Positions 54,799 through 62,963 of a stretch of DNA of 64,000 bases are shown one piece after another. The position numbers were made by a program, and so were the translations under genes. The stretch lies in assembly GCA_051955255.1 (NCBI GenBank), contig JBQCGX010000158.1, positions 31,723-95,722 of the forward strand. The letters run 5' to 3'. Numbering within the stretch: the first letter of the stretch is position 1; each line of letters starts with the position of its first letter. Source of the stretch: Agriterribacter sp. (GTDB taxonomy: Bacteria; Bacteroidota; Bacteroidia; Chitinophagales; Chitinophagaceae). The notes under the pieces were generated by a model. It did not search any database. It saw only the letters and a list, made by a program, of their open reading frames with translations, and had not been told where the DNA came from.

Positions 54799-55656
54799 TT
54801 ATTTCATCAGGCGGTACAATTCATCGAGGTTAGGAGAAAGAATGATCTCTGTTCTGCGGTTCAATGCTCTTCCTTCGGGAGTAGCGTTTGTGTCTTTAGG
54901 GTCGAAGTAGCTATGCCCCGATGCAATTACCCTGGCAGGATCAACCTGGTAATTTTTGGTAAGAATACGTACTATCGACAATGCTCTGGCGGTACTCAAT
55001 GCCCAGTTGTCTTCAAAAGTTCTGCGGATGGGAATGCTGTCTGTGTGTCCTTCCACCACAATGCTGATTTTAGGGTCGTTGTTCAACACCTGCGCTATTT
55101 TACCCAGCGCTTCTGTACCTTCTTGTCCAACAACTGCACTGCCGGACTTAAACAACAATTTTTCCTGCAGCGATACATATACCTTTCCATCTTTTACAAA
55201 CACATCCAGGTCTTCTGCTTTGTATTGACCGAGCGCATTGTCAATTGACTTGCGCAGGTTCTCTACCACGCTTCTTTGCTGGTCAATCAGCTTTTGCAAG
55301 GCTTCCAACCGTTTTTGCTGTTCTTCTACCGTGAGCGTAGAACTTTTAAGATTTTCCTGTGCACTGTTTAACTGTTGTTTGGTGTTGCTCAACTGCTGTT
55401 GGGCATTACTCAATTCCTGCTCCCGGAGCGATTTTGCTGAAGACAGATCGTCATACTTTTTCTGAAGATCTTCTACCGCCTGCTTGGTATCGCGAAGGTT
55501 GTTTCGTACCGATGCTAAATCGTTTTCAAGGCGCAGACTGTCTTTTTGCAACGCGCTGATCATGTTGGTAGCTTCCACAAATTTTTTCTTTGCAACACAG
55601 GAAGCAAGTAAGAATGACGATACAGCGAATACAAGGACAAATTGGATAAATTTCAT
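54799..55656 (-). CDS. OmpA-family lipoprotein with a long coiled-coil N-terminal region
   Basis: 285 aa with a lipobox (LLASC), Q/L/E-rich heptad region, and a C-terminal OmpA domain (VEGHTDSIPI, NWALSTARALSIV, NRRTEI). Confidence 0.85.
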   Translation of the reverse strand: MKFIQFVLVFAVSSFLLASCVAKKKFVEATNMISALQKDSLRLENDLASVRNNLRDTKQAVEDLQKKYDDLSSAKSLREQELSNAQQQLSNTKQQLNSAQENLKSSTLTVEEQQKRLEALQKLIDQQRSVVENLRKSIDNALGQYKAEDLDVFVKDGKVYVSLQEKLLFKSGSAVVGQEGTEALGKIAQVLNNDPKISIVVEGHTDSIPIRRTFEDNWALSTARALSIVRILTKNYQVDPARVIASGHSYFDPKDTNATPEGRALNRRTEIILSPNLDELYRLMK

Positions 55657-55751
55657 ATTCTGGTAAAGTTTGCCTGACCAAAACTTGTATTGGCTTTGGT
55701 TCAGAGGTTATGACTATAGCACCAAAAATAAAGAAAATATCATTTGTTGCT

Positions 55752-55853
55752 ATGAGCCTTCAGCGATGAAGTTGGGAGTTTGTGGTTTGGTGTTTGCAGT
55801 TTGACGTTGAAATAAACCACAAACCCCAAACCAACCAATCGCTGAAGGCTCAT
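55752..55853. repeat. Long hairpin with a perfect 16-bp outer stem and GT-rich/AC-rich simple-sequence inner arms
   Basis: The outer stem is ATGAGCCTTCAGCGAT ... ATCGCTGAAGGCTCAT. The inner arms are GTTGGGAGTTTGTGGTTTGGTGTTTG versus AAACCACAAACCCCAAACCAACC. It is followed by a GCTGA-periodic tract (55854-55885). Confidence 0.7.
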
Positions 55854-55890
55854 CGCTGACCGCTGATTGCTGATCGCTAAAGCTGCCAGC

Positions 55891-55917
55891 AAAAAGCCCC
55901 CTGCGTAAACGGGGGGC
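55891..55917 (-). terminator. Intrinsic terminator after the sigma/anti-sigma/OMP operon
   Basis: Minus-strand reading is GCCCCCCGTTTACGCAGGGGGCTTTTT. Confidence 0.65.
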
Positions 55918-55954
55918 GATCAAAACAACAAGGAGAACTGTAACTGAAAAAAAT

Positions 55955-56815
55955 TTACCAGCTGCTCAATCTTACGCCTACTGCATATGGATGCTGATCA
56001 ATGCCGTATTGATGAAGCGGAGTGATGGCGTACGAGCCATACAAACGAACAGGTCCTAATCCTACCTCTCCTACATATGCGAACTTCCACCTTTCAAAAT
56101 TGAAATCGCTCCTGAAACGTTGCTTACCAAATTCGTCGCTTTTCTGTTTGTTGCGCGCACCATATAAATAACCGGCACTCACACCCGCACTTATGCTTAA
56201 GCCTCCATGGCGGCGACCGGGTGTAGGATTGATGTTCAGCATCAATGGAACGGTCAGGTAATCGAAAGCCAATTTGTTTCTTGAAAAATCAATATCCTGT
56301 CTTTCAACATAGGGCTCAGGTCCGTCTATATACCGTATGTCTGATTTATAATAGTACTTGTACAATTCCACCCCTAAACCGTATTTAAGATTTACCACCT
56401 GCTTATACAAGCTGGTACGCTGCATAAACAACCAGATGTTGAGGTTAAACGATAAGGGTTTCACAGTAAAATCTGATTTGCCGGCGGGATGACCAGCCGC
56501 CTGCCCCTGAACAAAGTTTTGAGCTTCTGCAGTGGTATAATCGGTGCGATCGTTGTGATTGGCAAAACCAAGATCAATCACAAACCAGTTGGTTGACACT
56601 CTTTTTCGCCTGCCGTTATAATTGTGATGGTTTTCTTTTTGAGGTTCCGATAAGGCTTCGTTATTATTCTCTTTACCCTTTTTAATGATAACGATGCTGC
56701 CTACCCGAATGGTATCCCTCGATTCATCGGCAGGTGCTGAAGTTGTATCTGTTTGCGCTTTTCCGGCCAGGCATAGCAATAATGCGCCCCCCATCAGCAG
56801 ATGTACTTTTTTCAT
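55955..56815 (-). CDS. Outer-membrane beta-barrel protein (hypothetical), third gene of the ECF module
   Basis: 286 aa with a signal peptide, alternating beta pattern and a C-terminal VGVRLSSW. Confidence 0.6.
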   Translation of the reverse strand: MKKVHLLMGGALLLCLAGKAQTDTTSAPADESRDTIRVGSIVIIKKGKENNNEALSEPQKENHHNYNGRRKRVSTNWFVIDLGFANHNDRTDYTTAEAQNFVQGQAAGHPAGKSDFTVKPLSFNLNIWLFMQRTSLYKQVVNLKYGLGVELYKYYYKSDIRYIDGPEPYVERQDIDFSRNKLAFDYLTVPLMLNINPTPGRRHGGLSISAGVSAGYLYGARNKQKSDEFGKQRFRSDFNFERWKFAYVGEVGLGPVRLYGSYAITPLHQYGIDQHPYAVGVRLSSW

Positions 56816-56838
56816 ATATTCCTCTATTTAATAGTGAT

Positions 56839-57984
56839 TTATTTTTTTGCAATCTCAAAACTGGCAATCCTTACAACGGCTACATCGCCATCGGCATTGG
56901 TTGCCCTGTTTACAAACCGCGATGCTTTCCTGTAAAGTCCGCGCAAGGTTCCTTTTGATTTTTTTTCAGTATTGTCTGTTTCTAAAAGAGCGAGTTCTAT
57001 GTTGTTTGGTTTCACATCGTCGTCCTCGTCGTTAAATGCCGCCTCGTCAAGAATCACAGGCTTTACTTCCGACCGCAATGTATTAGGCATTTTATTGTCG
57101 ATCTCTACCACTTTATTAACCGCTACCGGCATATCGTTTACAGGGTCATTTACAGCAAGCTTTACCGGTTCAGGTTCTATATCTTCACTGCCATCCTTAG
57201 TTGTCGCAGCTATCGCCTGCTTTTCAACCTGAGGCTTCTTTATTGGCTGCCCCCGTTGCGTTCTCACCTGCAATTCTTCTTTCGCCGCTACCAAAGGACT
57301 TGCTTCCGGAGCAGTATTCTCCTCTGTTGCTGCGCTTGCCTCCTTGCCTGCAATAGTGCTTTGATTATCGGCAGCAGGCGCAGTTTCCTTCTTTTCAATA
57401 GTTGGGGTTGAAGCAATTTGTGTGCGCGGCGAATTGCCTTCCAACTGCTCTTTTACCTTATCAAAATTCATCCAAACCAATGCGCCTATTAAAAGGATAG
57501 ATGCTGCCGCTACCATTCTTCTCCATTGAACCGTCATACTCACCACAGGCGCTTCGCGACGATACAATAAAGATTTATTTTTAAAGATTACTGCTTCATC
57601 GGGCTGCATTTTAGTTCGAAGTAACAGGTCAAGCGATGCTTTTTTATCAGGATTTTTTGCTACAAAGTCTTCAACAAGCACTTTCTGTTCAGCAGTCAAC
57701 TCATCGTCTGCATACAACAAAAAATACAACTCGTGGTTAGCGGTATTAATTGTTTCGCCTGTCGTTTCAGATCTGTAAAGATTGGATTTATCGAAAGAAA
57801 AAACACTTTCCTCCAGCGGTAAACGGGTTTGTAGTATGGCGTTCAATTCCACCTTCAGGTCCGGATACATTTCTACAAAATCTTCAACTGCCTTCCTTTC
57901 TTCCCCAGTCAGCTCATTGTCTGTATATAGCAGGAAAAACGCTTCGTAGTTATGTTTGTTAATTTCCATGTCGTTGTTCTTCAT
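56839..57984 (-). CDS. Putative anti-sigma factor with a duplicated N-terminal domain, single TM
   Basis: The track ORF starts at TTG 58008, so the ATG at 57984 (MKNNDMEINK) is preferred. Two ~65-aa repeats (HNYEAFFLLYTDNELTGEERKAVEDFV... and NHELYFLLYADDELTAEQKVLVEDFV...) precede the TM MVAAASILLIGALVWMNF. It lies directly downstream of an ECF sigma gene. Confidence 0.6.
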   Translation of the reverse strand: MKNNDMEINKHNYEAFFLLYTDNELTGEERKAVEDFVEMYPDLKVELNAILQTRLPLEESVFSFDKSNLYRSETTGETINTANHELYFLLYADDELTAEQKVLVEDFVAKNPDKKASLDLLLRTKMQPDEAVIFKNKSLLYRREAPVVSMTVQWRRMVAAASILLIGALVWMNFDKVKEQLEGNSPRTQIASTPTIEKKETAPAADNQSTIAGKEASAATEENTAPEASPLVAAKEELQVRTQRGQPIKKPQVEKQAIAATTKDGSEDIEPEPVKLAVNDPVNDMPVAVNKVVEIDNKMPNTLRSEVKPVILDEAAFNDEDDDVKPNNIELALLETDNTEKKSKGTLRGLYRKASRFVNRATNADGDVAVVRIASFEIAKK

Positions 57985-58004
57985 TGCCTGTACGGCACAT
58001 TTAC

Positions 58005-58487
58005 TCAAATAACATTTTCAATTTTTACCAGGTATTCCTTTAACTGCAGCCTTGCCCTGTGCAGGTATACTTTCACCTGGCTTTCACTCAACCCGGTAAT
58101 AATACCAATCTCGTCGTACGAATATCCTTCATAGTCTTTCAACATCACCAACGACCGCTGAGTTTCGTTCAACCGGTCCAGGGCCCGCTCCAATATTTTT
58201 TTTAAACTTTGCCTGGGTGCATCCACCAATGCTTCTTCCCTGAATTCTTCTTTTAATGTTACTCTTTTTCTTTTCCTGATGTGGTCTATCATTTGATTAT
58301 AAGCCACGGTAAAAAGATAAGATTTACTTTTTTCGTGTATCACATCTTCCCTGTTGCGCCATAACTTCTCAAATGCAGACTGTACTACATCGCGGGCATC
58401 TTCTTCGTTCCTGAGATTTTTCAGGATAAACCTATACACATTATCTGCATAGCAGTTAACACATTCATTATATTCTTTTTCAGTCAT
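58005..58487 (-). CDS. ECF-type RNA polymerase sigma-70 factor
   Basis: 160 aa with region 2 (DVVQSAFEKLW, YLFTVAYNQMIDHIRK) and region 4 (LNETQRSLVMLKDYEGYSYDEIGIITGLSESQVKVYLHRAR). Confidence 0.85.
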   Translation of the reverse strand: MTEKEYNECVNCYADNVYRFILKNLRNEEDARDVVQSAFEKLWRNREDVIHEKSKSYLFTVAYNQMIDHIRKRKRVTLKEEFREEALVDAPRQSLKKILERALDRLNETQRSLVMLKDYEGYSYDEIGIITGLSESQVKVYLHRARLQLKEYLVKIENVI

Positions 58488-58675
58488 TACAGTCAGTTAA
58501 ACAGCCTAAAATTACTTCCCTGATGTGTGATTTTGAATATTATACGGCTGAACGGATGGAAAGTTACACAAACGAAAAAAATATGTTTGCGGAGAATGGG
58601 CTCCGCCTGCAGCGGACTAACGCTCCATGCCGGCAGAATTGCCTAGGTTTGCACTTTAAATGCCACGGAAGGGAC

Positions 58676-59437
58676 ATGAAAGAACAAACGCATGATATAA
58701 TACTGGTAAATACTAACGACGAGCAGATTGGCACCATGGAAAAAATGGAAACACACCGTAAGGCACTGTTGCACAGGGCGTTCAGCGTTTTTATTTTTAA
58801 CAGCAAAGGAGAAATGCTGTTGCAGCAAAGGGCAATGGAAAAGTATCATAGTCCGGGATTGTGGACGAACAGTTGTTGCAGCCATCCCAAACCGGGCGAA
58901 GAAACAATTGCAGGAGCGCAAAGAAGATTGAAGGAAGAATTGGGGTTTTCTGTTCCGCTGGAAAAAGCGTTTGATTTTATTTACAAGGCAGAATTTGATA
59001 ACGGGCTTACAGAAAATGAATACGATCATGTTTTTGTGGGTGGATATGAGGGCGCGATTGTTCCCAATCCGGCAGAAGTGGCGGACTACGAGTACAAACC
59101 TATGGCCGAAATAAAAGCCGACCTGGTCAATCATCCTGAAAAATATACGGCATGGTTTAAAATTGCCTTCCCCAAACTGGAAGCGTATTACGAGCAAAAA
59201 ACCCGGCAAAAAGGCCAGAGTGGGATAGAGCCGGAGATTAAAATCTTTTTCCGGAAAATTATCAATACAGTTTCGGCTTTGGTATTATGGGCAGTCATCT
59301 GCATCTTCCTGGGGCTTTACCTTAACTGGGCAGTTGTGTATGAAAAACTGAACGCCTTTAATATTATTTTTTATGGCTGGTTTGTTATCAGCTTTGCAGG
59401 ATTGATTTATTATTTTTTCAGGATTTGGCGGAAATAA
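58676..59437 (+). CDS. idi: Isopentenyl-diphosphate delta-isomerase (type 1, Nudix) with a C-terminal two-TM extension
   Basis: The track ORF starts at 58523, and the probable start is MKEQTHDIILV. It has LHRAFSVFIFN, WTNSCCSHP and the Nudix box GEETIAGAQRRLKEELG. About 80 extra C-terminal residues contain two hydrophobic helices. Confidence 0.85.
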   Translation: MKEQTHDIILVNTNDEQIGTMEKMETHRKALLHRAFSVFIFNSKGEMLLQQRAMEKYHSPGLWTNSCCSHPKPGEETIAGAQRRLKEELGFSVPLEKAFDFIYKAEFDNGLTENEYDHVFVGGYEGAIVPNPAEVADYEYKPMAEIKADLVNHPEKYTAWFKIAFPKLEAYYEQKTRQKGQSGIEPEIKIFFRKIINTVSALVLWAVICIFLGLYLNWAVVYEKLNAFNIIFYGWFVISFAGLIYYFFRIWRK

Positions 59438-59448
59438 ATCAAATATAT

Positions 59449-59877
59449 TTAACTACTGTGGTCTGAAATGATCTTCCACTCTCCGTTTATTTTTTGGAAT
59501 AGAAGGGTAAAATGCCCCGATAAATCTCCTACAGTCCGCTTCAGATCAAAGCGACCGATCATAAAATAATATTCAGGCGACAGCTTTTTCAAATGCAGGA
59601 TGGTAAATTTCAATTGCCCCATTTCGGCAGCGCTCTTGTAACTTTTCTTATAGCGTTCTAACGTATTATTATAGCCGTAAACAATTCCTTTGCTGCCAAT
59701 AAACATTACAGAATCGCTGTTCCAATACCCTTTCACAAAATTATCCAGGTCGCCTTTGTTCCAGTAATATACCTGGTCGTCCATAATTTTTTGTATAGCT
59801 CTTTCATCCGGCTGTTGCGCATAACCGAAGCTAATGCATGTGCAAAGCAAGTATGAAGCGAGTGCGATTTTTTTCAT
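59449..59877 (-). CDS. Secreted SnoaL-like/DUF4440 (NTF2-fold) protein
   Basis: The track ORF extends to 59970, and the probable start is MKKIALASYLL (signal peptide). The NTF2-like pattern is WNKGDLDNFVKGYW ... INGEWKIISDHSS. Confidence 0.6.
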   Translation of the reverse strand: MKKIALASYLLCTCISFGYAQQPDERAIQKIMDDQVYYWNKGDLDNFVKGYWNSDSVMFIGSKGIVYGYNNTLERYKKSYKSAAEMGQLKFTILHLKKLSPEYYFMIGRFDLKRTVGDLSGHFTLLFQKINGEWKIISDHSS

Positions 59878-59913
59878 TATCGAAAGAATTTTTGTGGAAG
59901 TTAAAGATTTCAA

Positions 59914-60019
59914 CCTGGGATTAAATCCCAGGTAACAATATCTTAGCGAGCCTATGGCTCTACCAAACATGGAGAGCTGTAAGCCCGGTCACATATTGTA
60001 AAGATGGATTAATCCATCC
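59914..60019. repeat. Structured ~106-nt repeat element, copy B
   Basis: CCTGGGATTAAATCCCAGG, ACAATAT...ATATTGT enclosing GAGCCTATGGCTC, and the terminal GATGGATTAATCCATC. It is homologous to 49437-49552, with compensatory changes in the first hairpin. Confidence 0.6.
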
Positions 60020-60036
60020 GTTTCCTCAGCACAATT

Positions 60037-61077
60037 TTATCTTGGCTTGTATTTCGAATCCTGCAATATCTGCCTTGCATTAAGGCTGAGCAATGTTTCA
60101 AGTGAAGTGTCGGGAAATTCTTCCATGTATTTTTTAACGATCTGCCAGCCAATAAACAAAGAAATATTGCCGGGGGATTGTTCGCCCAGTTCCTGCGTGT
60201 AAGGACCTTCTTCCACGTAGGATTGTATGCGCAAAGGATCGGTGTTGTAAATAAGATCGTTCTGCACCAGGAAGCTCCATATAAATCCTTCGTTTTCGTA
60301 ACAGCCTTTTAACTGGGCTTGCGAATAGCCGGTTTTAATAGAATCTGGTGCATGCGGCATAAATCTATCAAGCAGGTATAGCCGCTTACCCTTGTCTATG
60401 GCTATATCCAGCAACGATTTGTCGTTGGGATTTACAGGGTATATATCATCCACCACATTTTTAATACAGTTTACGGCTATATACGATGGCTCAAATTTGC
60501 GCGACACGTATTTTGGAAAGATGGATTGAGCGGTTTGACCCTGGTACAACGAAGCATTTTTGCCGAGGTGGAGTTGCAGGCCGGTGGCAAGGGCATCCTG
60601 CGTAATAACATCGCCTGTTTTGCCGGTAGGGGTTTGAAAAATGGCATCGAGCGGACCGATAAAGGTGATCAGTTTTTCGGGCGCTTTGTATTGCGGGAAA
60701 TAGTGTTTTGCAAAACGAATGCCTTGTTTAACATCTTCCTGTATGGAGGTAAAATCTTTAAAAACTTTATCGGCAGTATCTTTTACAACGCGGTAATCGC
60801 GAATAAACATTCTCATTGCCGAGTCGGCTGCCGCTCCGTCTTCGGTGATGGACAGTCCAAGAATGTTTTGTACAAAATCAGACAAAAACACCGGGTATTT
60901 TTGATGCAGGGCCGGCAGCGAAGCGGGAATATTGCTGGTATCTATCGAAAAAAAATCCTGCTCAAAGCGTTGCACTTCCAGGTTTACCTTAATGTCCGAT
61001 ACATCCGGCACGTTTTTTCCTGGTCCGCAACCCGAAAAAATAAATGCCAACAAAGCGAACAGTATCCATTTTTGCAT
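60037..61077 (-). CDS. gldB: Gliding motility lipoprotein GldB
   Basis: The track ORF extends to 61128, and the probable start is MQKWILFALLAFIFSGC (lipobox). It is collinear with Flavobacterium GldB features (VERFEQDFF, GWQIVKKYM, C-terminal SKYKPR). Confidence 0.8.
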   Translation of the reverse strand: MQKWILFALLAFIFSGCGPGKNVPDVSDIKVNLEVQRFEQDFFSIDTSNIPASLPALHQKYPVFLSDFVQNILGLSITEDGAAADSAMRMFIRDYRVVKDTADKVFKDFTSIQEDVKQGIRFAKHYFPQYKAPEKLITFIGPLDAIFQTPTGKTGDVITQDALATGLQLHLGKNASLYQGQTAQSIFPKYVSRKFEPSYIAVNCIKNVVDDIYPVNPNDKSLLDIAIDKGKRLYLLDRFMPHAPDSIKTGYSQAQLKGCYENEGFIWSFLVQNDLIYNTDPLRIQSYVEEGPYTQELGEQSPGNISLFIGWQIVKKYMEEFPDTSLETLLSLNARQILQDSKYKPR

Positions 61078-61242
61078 AGCCTGTGTAACGGTATAATGAT
61101 GAAATTGTTGTTGTTTCAAAACTACCAATGATACCGGCCCAAAAAAAATATTTGTTCGACCACAATGCTGGTTTTACAAGGCTTAACTTTTGATTGCGGA
61201 AAAACCGCCAAAAATATTCGTTATTTATTTACAAGGCTTGAT

Positions 61243-61280
61243 AAAAAAGGGGCAACAAAATATTCGTTGCCCCTTTAAAA
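61243..61280 (-). terminator. Intrinsic terminator after the sugar-phosphate isomerase gene
   Basis: Minus-strand reading is AAAGGGGCAACGAATATTTTGTTGCCCCTTTTTT. Confidence 0.65.
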
Positions 61281-61293
61281 AAATTGTGTTGTA

Positions 61294-62166
61294 TTAGTAC
61301 ACCAGCTTCTGCATGTGGCTGGCGCCCGCTTTGGCGCTCTTGAGCGGAGTGGAACCTGTATACTTTTCCTGCTCAACAATATAATAAAACACGCCCTGCT
61401 TTTTAGCAACAGGCAGTATTTTACCGTAGTCAATGCTTCCTTTGCCCAAATCGCAGGATGCATCCTGGTTGTCGGGCGCTGCGCCTTTTTCGCGATCTTT
61501 TACATGGCACAGCTTAAAGCGGTGAGGATATTTTTCGAGCCAGGTTGAAACGTCGCCGCCGGCTGTAACCACCCAGTACATATCTATTTCAAAATCTACC
61601 GTATCGGCGTTTGTATTTTCCATCAATATATCCTGCGGGTAAACCCCATCAACAGGTATAAACGTGTAGCCGTGATTGTGATAGGCAAAGCGCAATCCGT
61701 TTGCTTTGCATATATCTCCGCAGGCATTGAATTTATCTGCCAGCTTTTTATAGTCATCAAGCGTTTTTTGTGCACCGGCATAAGGACAGATCAGGTATTT
61801 CATACCGATCTCGCCGGCCTCTGCTGCTTTCTTTTCAAAATTCTTATTAATGTCGCAATGGCTCGAAACGATGCTCATTCCTAACTGATCCATGTACTTT
61901 TTAAAGCCGGTGTTGCCCATTCCCCAAAACATGCCCTGGGCTCCTTCAAAACTTTCTACCTGGTTATAACCAAAGGCTGCCACCTGTTTTAATATTCCCC
62001 TGGGGTCTTTAGGCAAATCATCGCGCAGCGAGTACAATTGCAAGCCAATGTTTTTCGTAATGATGGTGTTATCTAATGTCAATGCCCGCAGGCTTTTTGC
62101 AGAAAAAGCTAAGCCAGAGGCAAGCAAGCCACCTGTTTTCAAAAATGTTCTCCGGTTATATGTCAT
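61294..62166 (-). CDS. Sugar phosphate isomerase/epimerase (xylose-isomerase-like TIM barrel) with Tat signal
   Basis: 290 aa with the twin-arginine N-terminus MTYNRRTFLKTGG and an AP-endonuclease-2-type barrel pattern. Confidence 0.8.
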   Translation of the reverse strand: MTYNRRTFLKTGGLLASGLAFSAKSLRALTLDNTIITKNIGLQLYSLRDDLPKDPRGILKQVAAFGYNQVESFEGAQGMFWGMGNTGFKKYMDQLGMSIVSSHCDINKNFEKKAAEAGEIGMKYLICPYAGAQKTLDDYKKLADKFNACGDICKANGLRFAYHNHGYTFIPVDGVYPQDILMENTNADTVDFEIDMYWVVTAGGDVSTWLEKYPHRFKLCHVKDREKGAAPDNQDASCDLGKGSIDYGKILPVAKKQGVFYYIVEQEKYTGSTPLKSAKAGASHMQKLVY

Positions 62167-62180
62167 ACAGTAATAACGTT

Positions 62181-62337
62181 GGGTGAAGGAAAATCTTGTG
62201 AGAAGGGTATAAGGGGTGAGGTGTAGGGTATAAGGCCACGGCTAAACTCATCTCCCGTAGTAATACATCAAGGTTTCCAACTTTTAGAAAGTTGAAAACC
62301 TTTAATAGCTCATGGCTAACCGCCGATAGCTGACAGC
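62181..62337. repeat. Composite intergenic element: GGTATAAGG-type purine-rich block, REPIN-core-like hairpin, GCTGA-periodic block
   Basis: The first block is GTGAGAAGGGTATAAGGGGTGAGGTGTAGGGTATAAGG. The hairpin AAGGTTTCCAACTTTTAGAAAGTTGAAAACCTT (62270-62302) follows. The last block is ATAGCTCATGGCTAACCGCCGATAGCTGACAGC. The outer blocks are reverse-complement-like to 31892-32012. Confidence 0.55.
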
Positions 62338-62341
62338 TTTA

Positions 62342-62920
62342 CTAGGTTGCCCATGCCCTGTCGCCTTTTTTATAGGGAACGCAGCCTTCGTATTTGCCGG
62401 GTACGGGTGCATAGCGCAAGGCCTGGGTAGCGCCAATTTCGGAAGTGAAGTAGCCTAACAATGTCAGCTCCTTCATCATCCTGAAATAGTGCTTAGGATC
62501 ATTGTCCTTTTTATTTTTTGTGTAGTCTTTTGCTTCCTTGTCAATTTCCGTCAACAGCTCTTTCCGCTGGCTGGCATCTGCTTCCACGAACGATTTGCTG
62601 AATTTTTTCTGGCTTGCATCGTTCAACAGCTTCATACCCTCCTTAAAAACCTTCTGGTCTTTTTCATCGTAGCAATCATTTACCATTACCGTCATAAAGG
62701 CGCCCACTTTGGCGGCCTTTGCCCCGGGCGTATTGGTGGTGGGTATAATGGTTTCAGCTATTTCATCCAGGTAAGTAATATCGTCCGCACTAAACAATCC
62801 ATCATTTGCATCCGCTTTTTTGTCTGCTCCCGGTTTGCAACCTTCTAAAAAAACGCCGGCGCCAACCACGGTACCGCCTAATATAAGGGCAACTCTGGCA
62901 ACTGCTTCACGTCTGTTCAT
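62342..62920 (-). CDS. Gluconate 2-dehydrogenase subunit 3 family protein (Tat signal)
   Basis: 192 aa with the N-terminal MNRREAVARVALILGG. It is the typical small partner encoded next to GMC oxidoreductases. Confidence 0.75.
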   Translation of the reverse strand: MNRREAVARVALILGGTVVGAGVFLEGCKPGADKKADANDGLFSADDITYLDEIAETIIPTTNTPGAKAAKVGAFMTVMVNDCYDEKDQKVFKEGMKLLNDASQKKFSKSFVEADASQRKELLTEIDKEAKDYTKNKKDNDPKHYFRMMKELTLLGYFTSEIGATQALRYAPVPGKYEGCVPYKKGDRAWAT

Positions 62921-62963
62921 AAATATGTATTTAAAATGAAAGAGTGGGTTCTTGTTTTTTGTT

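Noticed and set aside
54490-54833. Two overlapping ORFs (54490-54732 minus, 54546-54833 plus) beginning MVVRETRPTA / MVWRETRPTA
   Set aside because: Both are produced by the palindromic termini of the REPIN-like element: CGTGAGACACG reads RETR on either strand. They are mirror artefacts of an inverted repeat, not genes.
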